From contig NC_068981.1 in the NCBI RefSeq assembly GCF_001194135.2, forward strand, positions 93,696,350 to 93,760,349: 64,000 nt of DNA, read 5' to 3'. Positions 24,093 through 37,700 of the stretch are shown piece by piece. Numbering within the stretch: the first letter of the stretch is position 1; every line of letters starts with the position of its first letter. The stretch comes from Octopus bimaculoides (taxonomy: Eukaryota). The position numbers and the translations under genes were made by a program. Below the pieces are notes generated by a model. It saw only the letters and a program-made list of their open reading frames with translations. It did no database searches and was not told where the DNA came from.

Positions 24093-25549
24093 CAAAGCAC
24101 CGTAATTCTGTATCTTTCACATTTAAAGATCTTGCATTTGGTGATTATAATGAGAATATTTTCTTAAGCTCTGCATCAATTACTGTGTATACGAGTAAAA
24201 GTCTATAACGACTAACTAGAATTGTATCACTCTGAGACATTTACAAAAGGGAAATTCATTAGGAAATGTTAACAACGTAATGACCATATTTTCATATAAA
24301 ATATATCCTTTATTATAAACTTTATTCATGAGACAAAACTTATGGATAAGTTTTAAAAGGTTTGTGTAAAATGCAGCAGGCTGTAAGTGAAAGGTCAATA
24401 GCTAGAAGCATTGTCTTCATTAAATGCATTTCTGCAACACATCGCTTAGATATAATGTATTAAGAACTGACAACTAAAAGCTGAAAAGAAATGAAAATGG
24501 TAAAACAAATTTCTAAGTAGAAAATGGTTTTGCAGATCAAGAAGGAAGAAAACCATATAATTTATTCTTTTTTCTTTTTATTTTTTTACTTTGCCATGAT
24601 ATTTGGAGATTGGCAATATTGAAACATGTTAGTGATGGCTCTTTAATGTCATCAAGTCTAAAACAGAAACTACATTTTCGTCTATACTATGGAAAATATA
24701 TGTGTGTTTATGTTAGAAAAGCGAGATGACTGAAGTAACCTTTGAAGAAATCTAGTGAAGACTCGGTTTAAATCGAATACTAGTGTTTTCCTGTTACAGG
24801 ATGTAAATTTTGTCCTCTGCAATAAACCTGACGACATGTGACTCAGATTTAATTGAATGCAATATCCATATATATTTTTTGTCTGTAGCAAAGAAAATGG
24901 TGGTTGTCTGTTATAACCATTTATTGTTTGCTTAGCACAGAAGTGTGTGGTAATAATTTGGCTGGATGAATTAAATGTCAAACCTATTTTCTCTACAGAA
25001 CTAAAATCTTCTATAATATTTTTAGAAATGTTTTGACCACTATCTACTTAATCAGAATATGAAATTTTGCAGTAGTTAACTGTCAAGATTTCCAGCTCTA
25101 ATTTTTTTTTTTTTTTTATCTTCACGCTATATGCTAACTTTTATTTTCATTACTGGAACTAAAGAATAAATGAAATATGAGATAGCACTTTAGTTTACTT
25201 TATGATATTGTTAGAGGAGGAGATCGAACAGACATCTAGTTGTATGTCCCAAAGTAAAAGATTCATATCAGTTCATATTATTCTTTTACAATGTTAGTAG
25301 CTCGTAAAATTGTCGCTTTTAATATACCAGTTGCTCATAAAATCTGTTTGTCTTAACCGGTAAGGAAGTGATGCATGCTTCGATTCCACTCAGATTATTA
25401 TTGTTGTTGTTGTTGTCTCAACTTGTTCCCTCTTTAACTCTTTTACTGGCTTCCTGCCGTTGGCTGTGAGCGTACTAGTCACTGACATTTACAAAGATAT
25501 AATGTTTAATATTGCTTATATTGATCTCTGACTTGGCGCAAGATTACAA

Positions 25550-25735
25550 ATGTTGCATTAGAGGTATAGTCGATTAAATCAACATCAGCACTTTGCTAGT
25601 GCTTATTTAATCGACCCCAAAAGAATGAAAGGAAAAGTCAATCCCAGCGAGATTTCAACATCGACCAAGAGCTGTAACTAAACAATAAAAGCAATTTAGT
25701 CTGGCGCATTCTCCATTCTGTTATCCGCCGCGCTG
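25550..25735 (-). mobile_element. Old, decayed SINE family A copy
   Basis: agtcgattaaatcaac...gcttatttaatcgaccccaaaagaatgaaaggaaaagtc. Confidence 0.6.
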
Positions 25736-25973
25736 TAATTGTTTACATTAAAAATCGTTGTAATCTATTTATAATGTAATCATATATTTGGAGTTGAATT
25801 CTTTAATTCTAATCTATACATTAGGAACGGATGTGTTCTTACGTTCCTTTACGATTTCAAATGCCGGTTATCAAAACTATATATGTATTTTATATATTGA
25901 TTAAGGTTAAAGTATAACAATTAAATTATATATGCATAGATACATATATGTATGTATATGTGTACGTATGAGC

Positions 25974-26011
<38 letters not shown>

Positions 26012-26147
26012 NNNNNNNNNNNNNNNNNNNNNNNNNNNNNNNNNNNNNNNNNNNNNNNNNNNNNNNNNNNNNNNNNNNNNNNNNNNNNNNNNNNNNNNNN
26101 NNNNNNNNNNNNNNNNNNNNNNNNNNNNNNNNNNNNNNNNNNNNNNN

Positions 26148-26222
<75 letters not shown>

Positions 26223-26327
26223 ATATATATACATACATATACGCACACACGCACTCAAAAACAAGTATATAAATAATTATTATGGTTGTTATTATTATTG
26301 TTGTTGTCGTTGTTGCTGCTGTTGTTA

Positions 26328-26364
<37 letters not shown>

Positions 26365-26378
26365 CATTATTATTATTA

Positions 26379-26436
<58 letters not shown>

Positions 26437-26437
<1 letters not shown>

Positions 26438-26603
26438 GGGGCGGTGACCTGGCAGAGTCATTTGAGTTCAAATTCCGCCTTGGTCGACTTTGCCTTTCAT
26501 CCTTTCAGGGTAGATAAATTAAGTACCAGTTGAGTACTGAGGTCGACGTAATCGACTAGTCCCTTTCCACCAAATTTCAAGCCCTGGGCCTATAGTAGAA
26601 AGG

Positions 26604-26605
<2 letters not shown>
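26437..26605 (+). mobile_element. Internally deleted SINE family A copy embedded in (TTA)n
   Basis: ggcggtgacctggcagagtc//tgagttcaaattccgcc...gcctatagtagaaagg, with (TTA)n on both sides. Confidence 0.85.
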
Positions 26606-26665
<60 letters not shown>

Positions 26666-27249
26666 GTTTGACTTTTGCTTTCTATTTGTACAAGCTGACT
26701 CCAGGTTTCACCCAGAGACCTCAAGAGATAACAAGTTAGAAGTTCAAGTTGGTGTTATGCCTAAGGTGTCATATATTTGGTTTTGCACATAGTATTGTTC
26801 TAGAGAATGTTTAAGTAAATATAAGATTATAAGTTTGTTTTGAAATTTGGGATTACATAGGCAGTATTTTACGTAGGATATGGGCAGTTCTCATGAGCAC
26901 TATCTTTTGAATTTCTGCCATTTTGCGGTTTCCTGGTATTTGCTATCATTCCTAGGGCACCTATGACAGCAGGTATTGTTTTAGTCTTGAGGTTCCACTT
27001 TTTGCCAATCTCTATTTCAAGATCGTAATACTTGCCCAGTTTTTGGTAGGTCTTGACAGATACATTTATGCCGATTGGAACAGTCATATCAATGAGGAGG
27101 CATGACTTTTGTTTGAAGGCTTTCAATATAACGTCTGGCCTATTCGCATCTATCTTTCTGTCAGTTTGAACGTTGAAGTTCCTGAAGTGTGAGATTTGAA
27201 GTGTGAGATTTGATCACTATCAAGCACTGGAGTTTTTTGTTCCCACCAG

Positions 27250-27250
<1 letters not shown>
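26666..27250 (-). mobile_element. 5'-truncated R4/Dong-like non-LTR retrotransposon (restriction-like endonuclease C-terminus plus 3' UTR) inserted in (TAA)n
   Basis: Minus strand reads FNVQTDRKIDANRPDVILK...LLIDMTVP...KLGKYYDLEIEI...IPAVIGALG, then after a frameshift QKIVLMRTAHILRKILPM-stop (26853-26855). TAA repeats on both flanks. Confidence 0.85.
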
Positions 27251-27333
<83 letters not shown>

Positions 27334-27619
27334 TATCAGTATTATTATTATTAATAATAATAATATTTAAAGCTGTTTGATTCGGCTTCATGCAACTTAA
27401 AGTTTCACGAATTCTAACAGAAAACCCTTCTCATTCGGACTTAGATTGTCGAAATCTTGGTAATGTAAGCCCATATAAAACGAGTTCCTACCAGAAGCCC
27501 GCGAAACTTCAAGTCACACGGAACCGGATCAAACTGATGTAAATAATAATACATGTAATTCCCCTAAATGTTGAGAGCCTTTTTTGTTTCTCCACACACA
27601 CGTATATGTGTAGGTAGTG

Positions 27620-27666
<47 letters not shown>

Positions 27667-27782
27667 CTGTATGTATGTAGAAATGAATGGATAGATAGAT
27701 TGATAGATGTAGGTTCATCCACACACACATATATATATACATATATACACATGTGTGTACATGTTTGCGTGTGTATATATGA

Positions 27783-27847
<65 letters not shown>

Positions 27848-28221
27848 TGTGTGTGTGTGTGTGTGGCAATGTGTGACTGTATATATGTACTTGTACGTGT
27901 ATGAATCTGAACATAGATTTCTAATCTGGGCACAAAGCCAGAAATTTTGCGTTGTACAACGAAATTGATTGAATCATTCCCAGTACTTATCCCGAACTTA
28001 TTTCCAACAGCCCTGCTGGATAGAAAAACAAGAACACTGAACTCCTACTTGATTTGATCTGACACTATAAAGTGACTTAATTAGATACAGCGCATAATTA
28101 TTTCCGGTGTTCAAACAATAGTTTTCTACGTATTCTGCCGTCTTACTCCCTTAAAGAAACGAGAAACTCAAATTAGCGACAAACCATTTTCGTTCTGAAT
28201 GATAAAATCTTACCCTCGCAC

Positions 28222-28297
<76 letters not shown>

Positions 28298-28363
28298 GCA
28301 CGGAAATATGATAAAGAAATATATATGAATACATACAAATATAATATGTATATATATATATAT

Positions 28364-28504
28364 GGAAACAATTCAAACTTTGTACGAGTTCATACCTTGT
28401 ACAATTCAAGCTGTAATTATCGCCAAAGGCGGTCCTACCCCATAGTAACATAAATTTGTTTGAAATTTTAAGGTGTCTCCATTATTTTGTCTAACCCCTG
28501 TATA
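28364..28504 (+). mobile_element. Tc1-like transposase C-terminal fragment and right TIR
   Basis: Reads ETIQTLYEFIPCTIQAVIIAKGGPTP-stop (compare SMPxRxxAVIxAKGGxTxY). Followed by ...ggtgtctccattattttgtctaacccctg|TA. Confidence 0.75.
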
Positions 28505-29653
28505 TAGATATATTTGATGATTTCGCTTAGGCATGACGAAAACTGTCAGAATTTTTTTCCCTTCAGTTATTTTGTAGTGTGTATATATCATTTTGTTTTT
28601 CTTACCTTTCGAATATTACAATGAACTTTGTTTTACTAAAACATCCCAAATTTCAAATACATTACTGTGAACGCTTTCACTTAAGTTATAGTTTATAAAC
28701 TTTTACTTTGTTAATATCAGCATTCACCTTCTGTTTGTTACACAAATGCGAATGCTGTTTGTCGGCTAATCTTCTTCGTTCGATCGTGCACATTTTAAAT
28801 TTCGGCAGTTTCTATATTCATTCTGATATATGCTTTACTTCGCTAGTTCGGTTGCTTCTCAGAGAGATTTTGATATCAAGAACAGATAATTTGCTTCATA
28901 TCAATTATAAAATAAAAAGAATAAAATATCAATGTTTCGTTTTTAATTTGGGTTTGATGGAAGAAGAACTTATACTATACTGGAGCAGGCATTGCTTTGC
29001 TGAGAAATTTACTTCCCAAACATACTGTTACTAGTTCAGACCTAGTGCGTAGCACCTTGGGTAAATATCTTCTGTTCTAAAGGTACTTCAACATTGCTGC
29101 AATCCAATGGCTGAAATGAGTAAAATTAAGAGGAATGACCACCAAGGTGGACTCCTAATATGCTAAAGATAGACGTCAAATCGCCTTACCCCGAAGAGTG
29201 TGTTCTCCAGAAAAATTTCAGCAAAACGCCAGAATGTAAAAATGAGCAAGACAAATGAAAATATACGAAATAAAAAAAAACGATTTTCTACATACCAATG
29301 GTTTCGCTTGTTAATATTTACGAATTTAAATATCTGCAAGTGCATCAGCGTAGTCTGCTGCTTACAAAGCACAATTTCCAGAACTAGACACAGAACGCTC
29401 ACCCGAAAGAGAGCATGTATAAAGTTCTGCAAATTATATTTGGGGGTATTTTACAAATGTCTTCATTTTGGCGCGCTGAGGCCGGAAATAACTCAGCAGT
29501 TTTCTGCATAAGTAAATTAGCTGCATTTCTGCAGCTAATTTACATCAATATAGAGGTGTTTGTATATATAAATATGTATGTGTGTGTGCACGCGCGTACT
29601 CAAATGTAAGATCATGAAAGATAAGTACCAAGCATTAGTAAAGTAACGTAAAG

Positions 29654-29898
29654 GTCACCTTCTCGAGTTATGCCGACTCATAGGGGCCGGTTTCTTGGTT
29701 TCCATATTGTATATATTCCCACCTGGATGGGACGCCGGTCCGTCGCAGGATTACTCATTCTTGCCAGTTCAGTGGATTGGATCAATGTGAAATGAAATGT
29801 TTTGCTCAAGAACACAACGCGTCACCCAATCCACAAATCGGAACCACTATCTTACGATCATGAGCCCAACAACCTAACCACTAAGCCACGCACCTCTA
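29654..29898 (-). mobile_element. tRNA-derived SINE family E
   Basis: Head and central domain as in B and D, with a different tail (gagtaatcctgcgacggaccggcgtccc...). Second copy at 32455-32676. Confidence 0.8.
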
Positions 29899-30135
29899 GA
29901 AGCTTTGGTGTTGCTAATTATGAAAATTCCCAAATTTACTACTACTGTGCAGTGCCAAAGCTCTCTTTTAACATTTAAGACTATTTATTGCTATAACCAA
30001 GGACCAAATCTTTTCAATATTCTTCCCAAAGCAATTTATTTACGTGTATCAAGATCCTAGATGCGCCTGCGGTATGGTAGGAGAGTGATCTAAATAGTAA
30101 GGCAAGGAAATCTTTATGATGGTTGTAGTATCAAA

Positions 30136-30522
30136 TTCCTTCATTCGTTAAGAACAAGAGACAGAAAAAAGTCAGTAACAGCATGATAATTGAGCCCCTG
30201 AATGACCACTACTTATTTGCTACAATTAGTAAATTAGTAAACGAAAAAAGAATAAAAACATCAATAATTTGTTTATTTATTACTTCTTATATTGCTCGTG
30301 TTTTTATTTTTTTTTATTTTCGAAACACGAGTTTCCTTCATTCGCTAAGGAAAGAAGCCAGAAGCAGCATGATGATTATGCCCCAGGATGGTCACATCTT
30401 ATTTGCTACAATTAGTAAATTAGTGAAAGAATAAAAAGAAAGTAAACATTAATAATTTGCTTACTTATTACTTCTCATATTCTTCCTGTATTTTTTCCTT
30501 CATGTTTCGAAACATGAGTTCC
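30136..30522. repeat. Diverged tandem duplication of a unit of about 190 bp
   Basis: Units of about 30136-30331 and 30332-30522 share cttatttgctacaattagtaaattagt and tttcgaaaca(c/t)gagtt. Confidence 0.85.
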
Positions 30523-31924
30523 AATTACGTAGCTATGACTATCTTACTTCAATCCCTTTTCCATTTTTTTTAATTATCTTCCACTTTATGTAAACTGAAT
30601 GAGAACAAATATATTGATTTCTTCCGTTTCTCTTCGTTTTACGTAATTTGTGATTGCGTAGTTCTTCATTGTTTGCTTTCATGATAATCTTCCTTTCTAT
30701 TTGCTTTAGATTAAACTCAGCTCCTTATAAGGTAAAATAATGACTAAATAATGATACGGAATCGATTCCCATAAAACCACCGGAAGACTGATTTCTTATT
30801 TGAATCAGCGTTGATAAAAGGAAAAAAATATCGTATCTCTAGAAATTTGTTTGCAAAGTATATTACCTATTTTTCACTCTTCTATCGATTGTTGCGTTTA
30901 AATTGCTTAACCACTATATTTTAATTAACTAAAACTTATTCAGTGCCTACAGACATGCTTTGTTTGTCCGATTACTTCTTATCTTATTACCTTGTATTGT
31001 ATAACCTTCAAATACTATATCTTATAGGCAAATATTTCAGCAATAATTGTTGATGAGATTAGAAAAATTCTCATCCACCTTTTATATTTGAGTTATTAGT
31101 TGACTTATCGGATAAAGTATTAATGGAGGTCTGAGAGATAATATTGCCAGCACCATTTTAAGTTGAAGAAACTAATATTTTCGAGTTTCACATACTGCAA
31201 ATTATTTCTCATTGTTCGACAATTATGCTTCGTTTAGGATGACTAGAAGATTTAGGTAGTTGGAATCTCAGAATTTAATGCTTGCTAAACTAAATTAATA
31301 CAAATTATTAATAATTCCTACATACTTAAATGTTTATAGATTTGTATTTGATTGTAATTCAAGATTAAAATTTTATTGTCCATTATAGATCTTACAGATG
31401 AGCAATATAATTATATTAAACTATTATGGTTATAATTCGTCTCATATTCTCTGTTTTATATTAGATTCTTAAGAATACACAGTTTTAAACAATTGAGTCC
31501 CTGTTTGTCATCACTTGCTATATTTCACATTTTTCTCTACATATGCTCCAGTTAAGCTTAAATTTACAAAACCTATTTCACGCGGGACTTCGATTTTCTT
31601 ATCTACTAGGCTTTAGATATGTAATAGAACAATTTTCCAATTTCAGTGATATATAAACTCATTTTTATTAGAAGCTGCCACATTGGACACTTGCTATGAA
31701 ATCTACTGATTGTCTACTTTGCAAAAATCTTATGTACTCTATACTTTTTTCCGTTATCTTTACGGTTCATTTACTATTGTCAAATCTTCATCATATTTGA
31801 ACATATGTTCTCTTTGTTCACTCCTTTTCTATTCTTTTCATGGCTTTAATGTTTCACCAAGGATTTGTACTTGTTGATGTTGTGTGATTGTAAACATTGT
31901 GGGTCCTCATTTTTTTCTCTTTAG

Positions 31925-31954
31925 TACTTATAACATACCATGCACAAGTTCATG
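31925..31954 (+). other. Candidate 30-nt exon of an unidentified transcript
   Basis: Strong acceptor tttttttctctttag and donor ATG|GTATGT. Two open frames (LITYHAQVH or TYNIPCTSS). Confidence 0.25.
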
Positions 31955-32454
31955 GTATGTTATAGATGACTAGTTTGCTAATTCTCTCTCTTGGCTTAAT
32001 TTTCACGAGGTAACTTCAGAAGTTACTAACATTCCTCGGACGCTATTCATCAGAAACAGAATATATCATATTATAGATACATTTACGGTAAAGTAGAGTC
32101 ATATTGTATTCTGATCAAGGAATCACTAGATTCCTGGTTCGATCCTACAACGTGGCATCTTGAACAAACGTTCTTTATCAGAGCCTTAGGTCAACTCAGG
32201 GCCTTATAACTGCAACTGATTAGAGGAAAGCTTTGCAGAAGCCTCGTTGCAAAGAGTGTGCCTGTAATGTAAAGGTACGTTATTGTCACAGATTTAGAGT
32301 ACATATATCCGTGGAATACTCAACCAGATACTAATTCTCTGAGCCGACGGTTCAGTAGATCGCAAATCTTTAAACTTATCATCAAGAGTGTCAGAGCCAT
32401 TAAAAAGAGATAAAGGTGCATCATTAGTCATATAGACTTGTATAGACTCATATA

Positions 32455-32676
32455 GACTCATAAGATCGGTTTACCGGTTTCTATGGCGTAAATATATCCC
32501 CGTGGACGAGAAGCCAGTTCGTCGCGGGATTACTCATTTTTCCAGCTGAATGGACTGGAGCAACGTGAAATGAAGTGTTTTACTGAAGAACACAACGTAT
32601 TACCCTGTCAAGGACTCGAAACTACAATTTTGCCATCGTGAGTCCAACACCCTAACCACTAAGCTACGCGCCTCCA
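32455..32676 (-). mobile_element. SINE family E copy
   Basis: Aligns with 29654-29898. Confidence 0.75.
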
Positions 32677-32800
32677 GTGCAGAGCCGTTAACTGTTCAGA
32701 TATTTGTAATGCGCTTGTTGCTACATATACACAAAAATATTATATTCAAATGAAGAACCATTCAACCGATTAGCAAAGATTCACTTACTTACAGTCCTAT

Positions 32801-33000
32801 CTAATTTAGCCACAAAGCCAGCGATTTGGTGTTAATCGATTCCATGTAACCCAGTAAATGATTGGTTACTTTATTTCTTTACTGACGGAAGGATGAAAGA
32901 CAACGATAATCTCTGCGGGATTTGTACTAAGGACGCAAAGAGCCAGGACACACACAGCCTTTTGACCAATGCCCTGACGATTCTGCCAGCTCATCGCTTC
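32801..33000 (-). mobile_element. Decayed SINE family A copy
   Basis: Ends ...gacgattctgccagctcatcgc; contains ggaaggatgaaagac. Confidence 0.65.
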
Positions 33001-34289
33001 AGAAGAGAAGACTCATAATAACAGTAAAAAATATTAGTTCAAATGCATTGTTTCAATGTGTAGCTAACCGCCCGCTATATTCTTTGCTTTTATGCATTGA
33101 CATAAAACATAAGTTTTCTGTGGTGGGAAGCGCTGTTGATTAATTCAATTTTCGTGTTTCAATGGTATCTACATATCGCAATCGCATAGTTTCGGTTCCG
33201 ACCTCACGACGTGACATTGTGAGCAATACCACGTGAGTAAAATTAAGTGCGCAGAATCAGTGTCTGTATATGCATACATAAACACCCACACACCCACATA
33301 CATACATACATACATACATTTATTTACATATATGTATATATATANNNNNNNNNNNNNNNNNNNNNNNNNNNNNNNNNNNNNNNNNNNNNNNNNNNNNNNN
33401 NNNNNNNNNNNNNNNNNNNNNNNNNNNNNNNNNNNNNNNNNNNNNNNNNNNNNNNNNNNNNNNNNNNNNNNNNNNNNNNNNNNNNNNNNNNNNNNNNNNN
33501 NNNNNNNNNNNNNNNNNNNNNNNNNNNNNNNNNNNNNNNNNNNNNNNNNNNNNNNNNNNNNNNNNNNNNNNNNNNNNNNNNNNNNNTTTTTTTTTTTTTT
33601 TTTTTTTTATGAAATAAAACATTTACACAGTCGGCTGGTTTCGTTTATGCTTATCATGACTAAGTAGTTAGCATGAAATTGTAACATTATCACTACCATG
33701 ATAAGTCTTCATCCCATGTTAGTAGGAAAGACAATATTTTGTAAATGAATCGGGGAGCAGATAAATGTTGGGGAGACGATAGTGATCGTTAGTATTCGAA
33801 GAACGGGAGGTAATTATGCACCTTTTGAAGATGTATTCACTATATTTAGATTAAAAAGTTATATATTAATGAACAGAAATATTTACATAGTCCAAAATTG
33901 GTTATATGTTCATACTGAGGCGCAGTTTGTTATTTGTCAATAAATGTAGTCTCTTTATTTAACCATCATTGTACAGAACTTGTTTAATCGCATTTGTATA
34001 TAGGCAAAATTTGAAGTTTGGTTGGAAATTCTCTTCACGTCTTTATGTGTTCACTTAATGGTATTTGCCTATACCTTGGACAACGGATTTGTCTCTTATG
34101 CAGTGTTATTTTCGTTTGAGAATATAACACTGATTTGTGAGATCCATGTAGTTTGCATCCACATACAGAACAAATGTTGACTCATTTAAGATGTCGAATG
34201 CATAGGTAAACTCAGTTTAATTTTGAATCTTTGTCTTTGTTTAAAGTGGAATCACTACGTAGAATTTTGCATCGAGCTTTTGCACTACT

Positions 34290-37200
34290 ATATACAACAC
34301 GAGGGACTGAAAATGCCACCGACATCACAACATTGGATAAAATTACTAACGAAGGTATTCTGAAGGAATTAAAAGTAATTAGCCCAAATCAAATCACACT
34401 AATTAATAAAATCGATTAATTAAATCGCTGTACCCGAGAAGCAAAGGAAAGTCAAAAAGAAGACACTCTACGGAACAGGTTAGTCAAAATTTCAATCGAT
34501 TATGCACAACCTTATATTCGATTTATAAGAAATTTGAGATAAAACGTAATACAAGGAAAATAACCCAACATCAGCATACATAATTAAAAGCAGCAATAAC
34601 CATATATGGAACAAAAAAATTAAACGATAGAAAATTCGAATATTGGAACATGCTTAAAAATAACAGGCAGAAATATATGGACGATGGATGAACTCAACAT
34701 GCAACAACAGATAAAACCAATTCCAGAATAACCTGAACAACAAAGACAACTAAGGGAGAAATTAGCGTTGGAGAGAATGAAAATAGAAATTGAATTACTT
34801 AAACTAAGAGCATCGAGCAACGAACAAAAATATAAAATTATTGATGAAGGAATGCAAACATGCTGACAGACACCTTTTGGAAAGTGTTCTCAGACTATAG
34901 AAAGAAACATGTGAATCTGAAGGAATAAGTTCTCTTCAAAGTTGAGATAAAAAATCTTTTCCATGATTATGAAATCCAGTTCAAAACAATATTATAGATA
35001 ACCCTATTTTGGAAGAAAATTAGAATGAAAACCTATACAGAAATGAATAAACAACCAATTAGATCAAACTATAGACATTTAAAAAAACCCAACTACACAA
35101 AACTCACCTCACACTTGGAAGTAAATCGTTCTCAAACCGGAAATAGTGACAATTCAGAAGTTAGAAAAACTAGAAGGAATCACTGTAGACTTAGGAATAT
35201 CAATTTTCTTCCTGCAATGAGAAACATGTAACAAAGGAACTGGAAATGCCTAAATACACCTAATATGATGAAACAGCGAAACCTATCTTCCATCAATTCA
35301 AATATAATTAGTAACGTAATTACTACAAACGTTTTTTAGATCTAGTCCAGAGGATCAGGAACAAACGTCGAGACAAAATATACAGAAAAAGTAACATATT
35401 TATCAAATAAAACTTTTTCATTAACAAAAATCAACAAACTAACAAAAGGATTAAAATTTACCCCCAAACTCATGCAGATCGAATCAGAATGAAATCAAAA
35501 TCAATATTACGAAATCTTAGAGAAAAATGCGATTTACAGAAGTACTACTTAATTATAGTAACGATGATGATTCACCTGTTAAAAACAAAAGCAATTTCTT
35601 CCACATAAAGTTGAGAATAAAAGACTCGATGACTTTTGTGACCACATTCTGAATTTCCCTTGTAATACCTTACACAAAGAACTAACTCAGACCTTCACTA
35701 CTAATGAATGGAAGAACTTAATTGAATTGCAAAATATTAAATAATTGACAATTAAAGAAGCCAATAAAGGAAGGGCTTTAGTGTTATTGGATACAAAATA
35801 TGACAGAGAGCTAGTACTATCCGAGCAAGAAAATGATTCCTATTATAAAAAGGTTGAAAACTATAAACAACAGAAAATAATAAGTCTTTCATCATTACTC
35901 CAACTATACAGAAATGGTCTAACAGACAAAGAAATTGACTATACAACAAATTTTTAATGTAAACAGTCTTTTCTACGGCTTACCAAAAGTTCCTAAGAGT
36001 AAGATAATTGATGAAGACAACAAAGAATCACCAGACATAAACATTAATGTCCAATCAACAGGAGATTTAAAACTAAGATCCATCGTTGCGAACCCATCAA
36101 GTGAAACCCGCCGTTTAAGCAATTTTCTTGATATCCTACTGAAAGCCCTTATGCAATATATCAAAAGCTTCATGAGAGACGATCTAGATATGGTAAACCA
36201 CCCACCAAAAACAAAAAGGAAAGAGACAGAGATGGCGTCCTTCGATATTGTGAACTAGTGTACTCATATCTCACTCGACTGTGAAATAAAAGCAATCAAA
36301 TTCTGGCTGGAAAACTATCTAGAACTACCAGGGAACATTAACAAGGGAATTATAATTGAAACATTAAAGTTTATTCTCCAGAACAATTATTTTTGTTAGA
36401 TACCTATTACTAGCGTCAAAATGTGTAATTTTGATGGGAACAAAAGCAGCCCCAGTTCTTGCAAAGCTAGTAATGGGGTATTTAGAACTGATTATATATC
36501 AAGTATCACTGCAAAAAATTGGAAAAGATATCCTTTGGAAGGGAAGTATTGATAAAATATTCAAATTTGAAACACTAATCAGTGACATTAACATTCAATT
36601 AACGAGGGTTTAAGTCGATCCGATCAACGGAGCAGCATGCTAGCGAAATTAACGTGCAAGTGAATGAGCACTCCATAGGTACGCACACCATTTGAATACA
36701 GTTACTACACATTTTTGCCAGCTGAGTGGACTGAAGTAACATGAAATAAATTTTTTTCCTCGAGGACACAACGCGCCGCTGGGAATCGAACTGACAACCT
36801 TAAGATCATAAGCCAAATACCCTTAACCACTAAGCCAGTGCCTTCACTAAATTTACAATGGAATACATCAAAAGAAACTTCTATCTCTTGATAGTTTAAT
36901 TTTAAAATGTCAATGACCGAATTGAAACCGACAACTATCATAAATCCAAACACATGCCGCCCCAAACACATTAAAATTAATATCTCCTTCAATTCAGAGA
37001 AAAGGATTTACACAATAATGTTTATTGCTAATACCTAGGACCTACGACTTCATGAACTTAAGACCATACTAGTCGAGAGACATTATCCACCTTCACTAAT
37101 AGATGATGTGACAAAACATGCGAAGAGAGATTATGCCCAAACAATAAAGGAAATAAAACGAAATAGCGCACCTGATTTAAAAATACTACCTTATATTTCT

Positions 37201-37700
37201 ACCCACAACCCTACAAACAATGAGACTATTATTCAAAATTTATCTATGTTCACTAGAAATCCTAAGATGAATCAAATTCTATGCACTCACAAATTCATAA
37301 AAAGTAAGAAAAATCAACTAAAATCACTAAAGAGGATACTGACAGGTGCGAAATTGTACCCAACAACAAGGGAACCAAGAGTTTAAAATGCGAGCGACTT
37401 AACTTCACTTTAAACAAGGAAAAGAATTCAAAATTAATTTGCTCAGGGTATGGACGCAACTATATAGATCAAACAAGAACGTCACTCAAACGGAAATTAA
37501 CACAGCTTAAGGAACAAATCTGTTTCCCAATATATAGACAAATACTATTAAGCGAATACATAGAGAGATGTGCAGGAAATCTCCAACCGAACTTCAAAAT
37601 TTACCCCTATATAGCAATTTAATGCAACGACTTTTGCACGACAACAATTAAATAACGAGATTACATTAATTGATAAATGCAAACTGCGCCTCAGAATGAA
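34290..37700 (+). mobile_element. Decayed Penelope-like element (RT plus GIY-YIG endonuclease), with many stops and frameshifts
   Basis: RT motifs FYGLPKV, LRSIVA, SFMRD, ASFDIVN, ILQNNYF and MGTKAAPVLAKLVMGYLE. Thumb region HELKTILVERHYP. GIY-YIG-like LICSGYGRNYIDQTRTSLKRK at about 37435-37500. Confidence 0.9.
36612..36846 (-). mobile_element. SINE family D nested inside the Penelope RT
   Basis: Interrupts the reading NIQ-FTMEY. Central domain and tail match 55141-55451. Confidence 0.8.

Noticed and set aside
24682-24981. 99-aa non-repetitive ORF
   Set aside because: No recognisable domain or splice context, and the length is within chance expectation.
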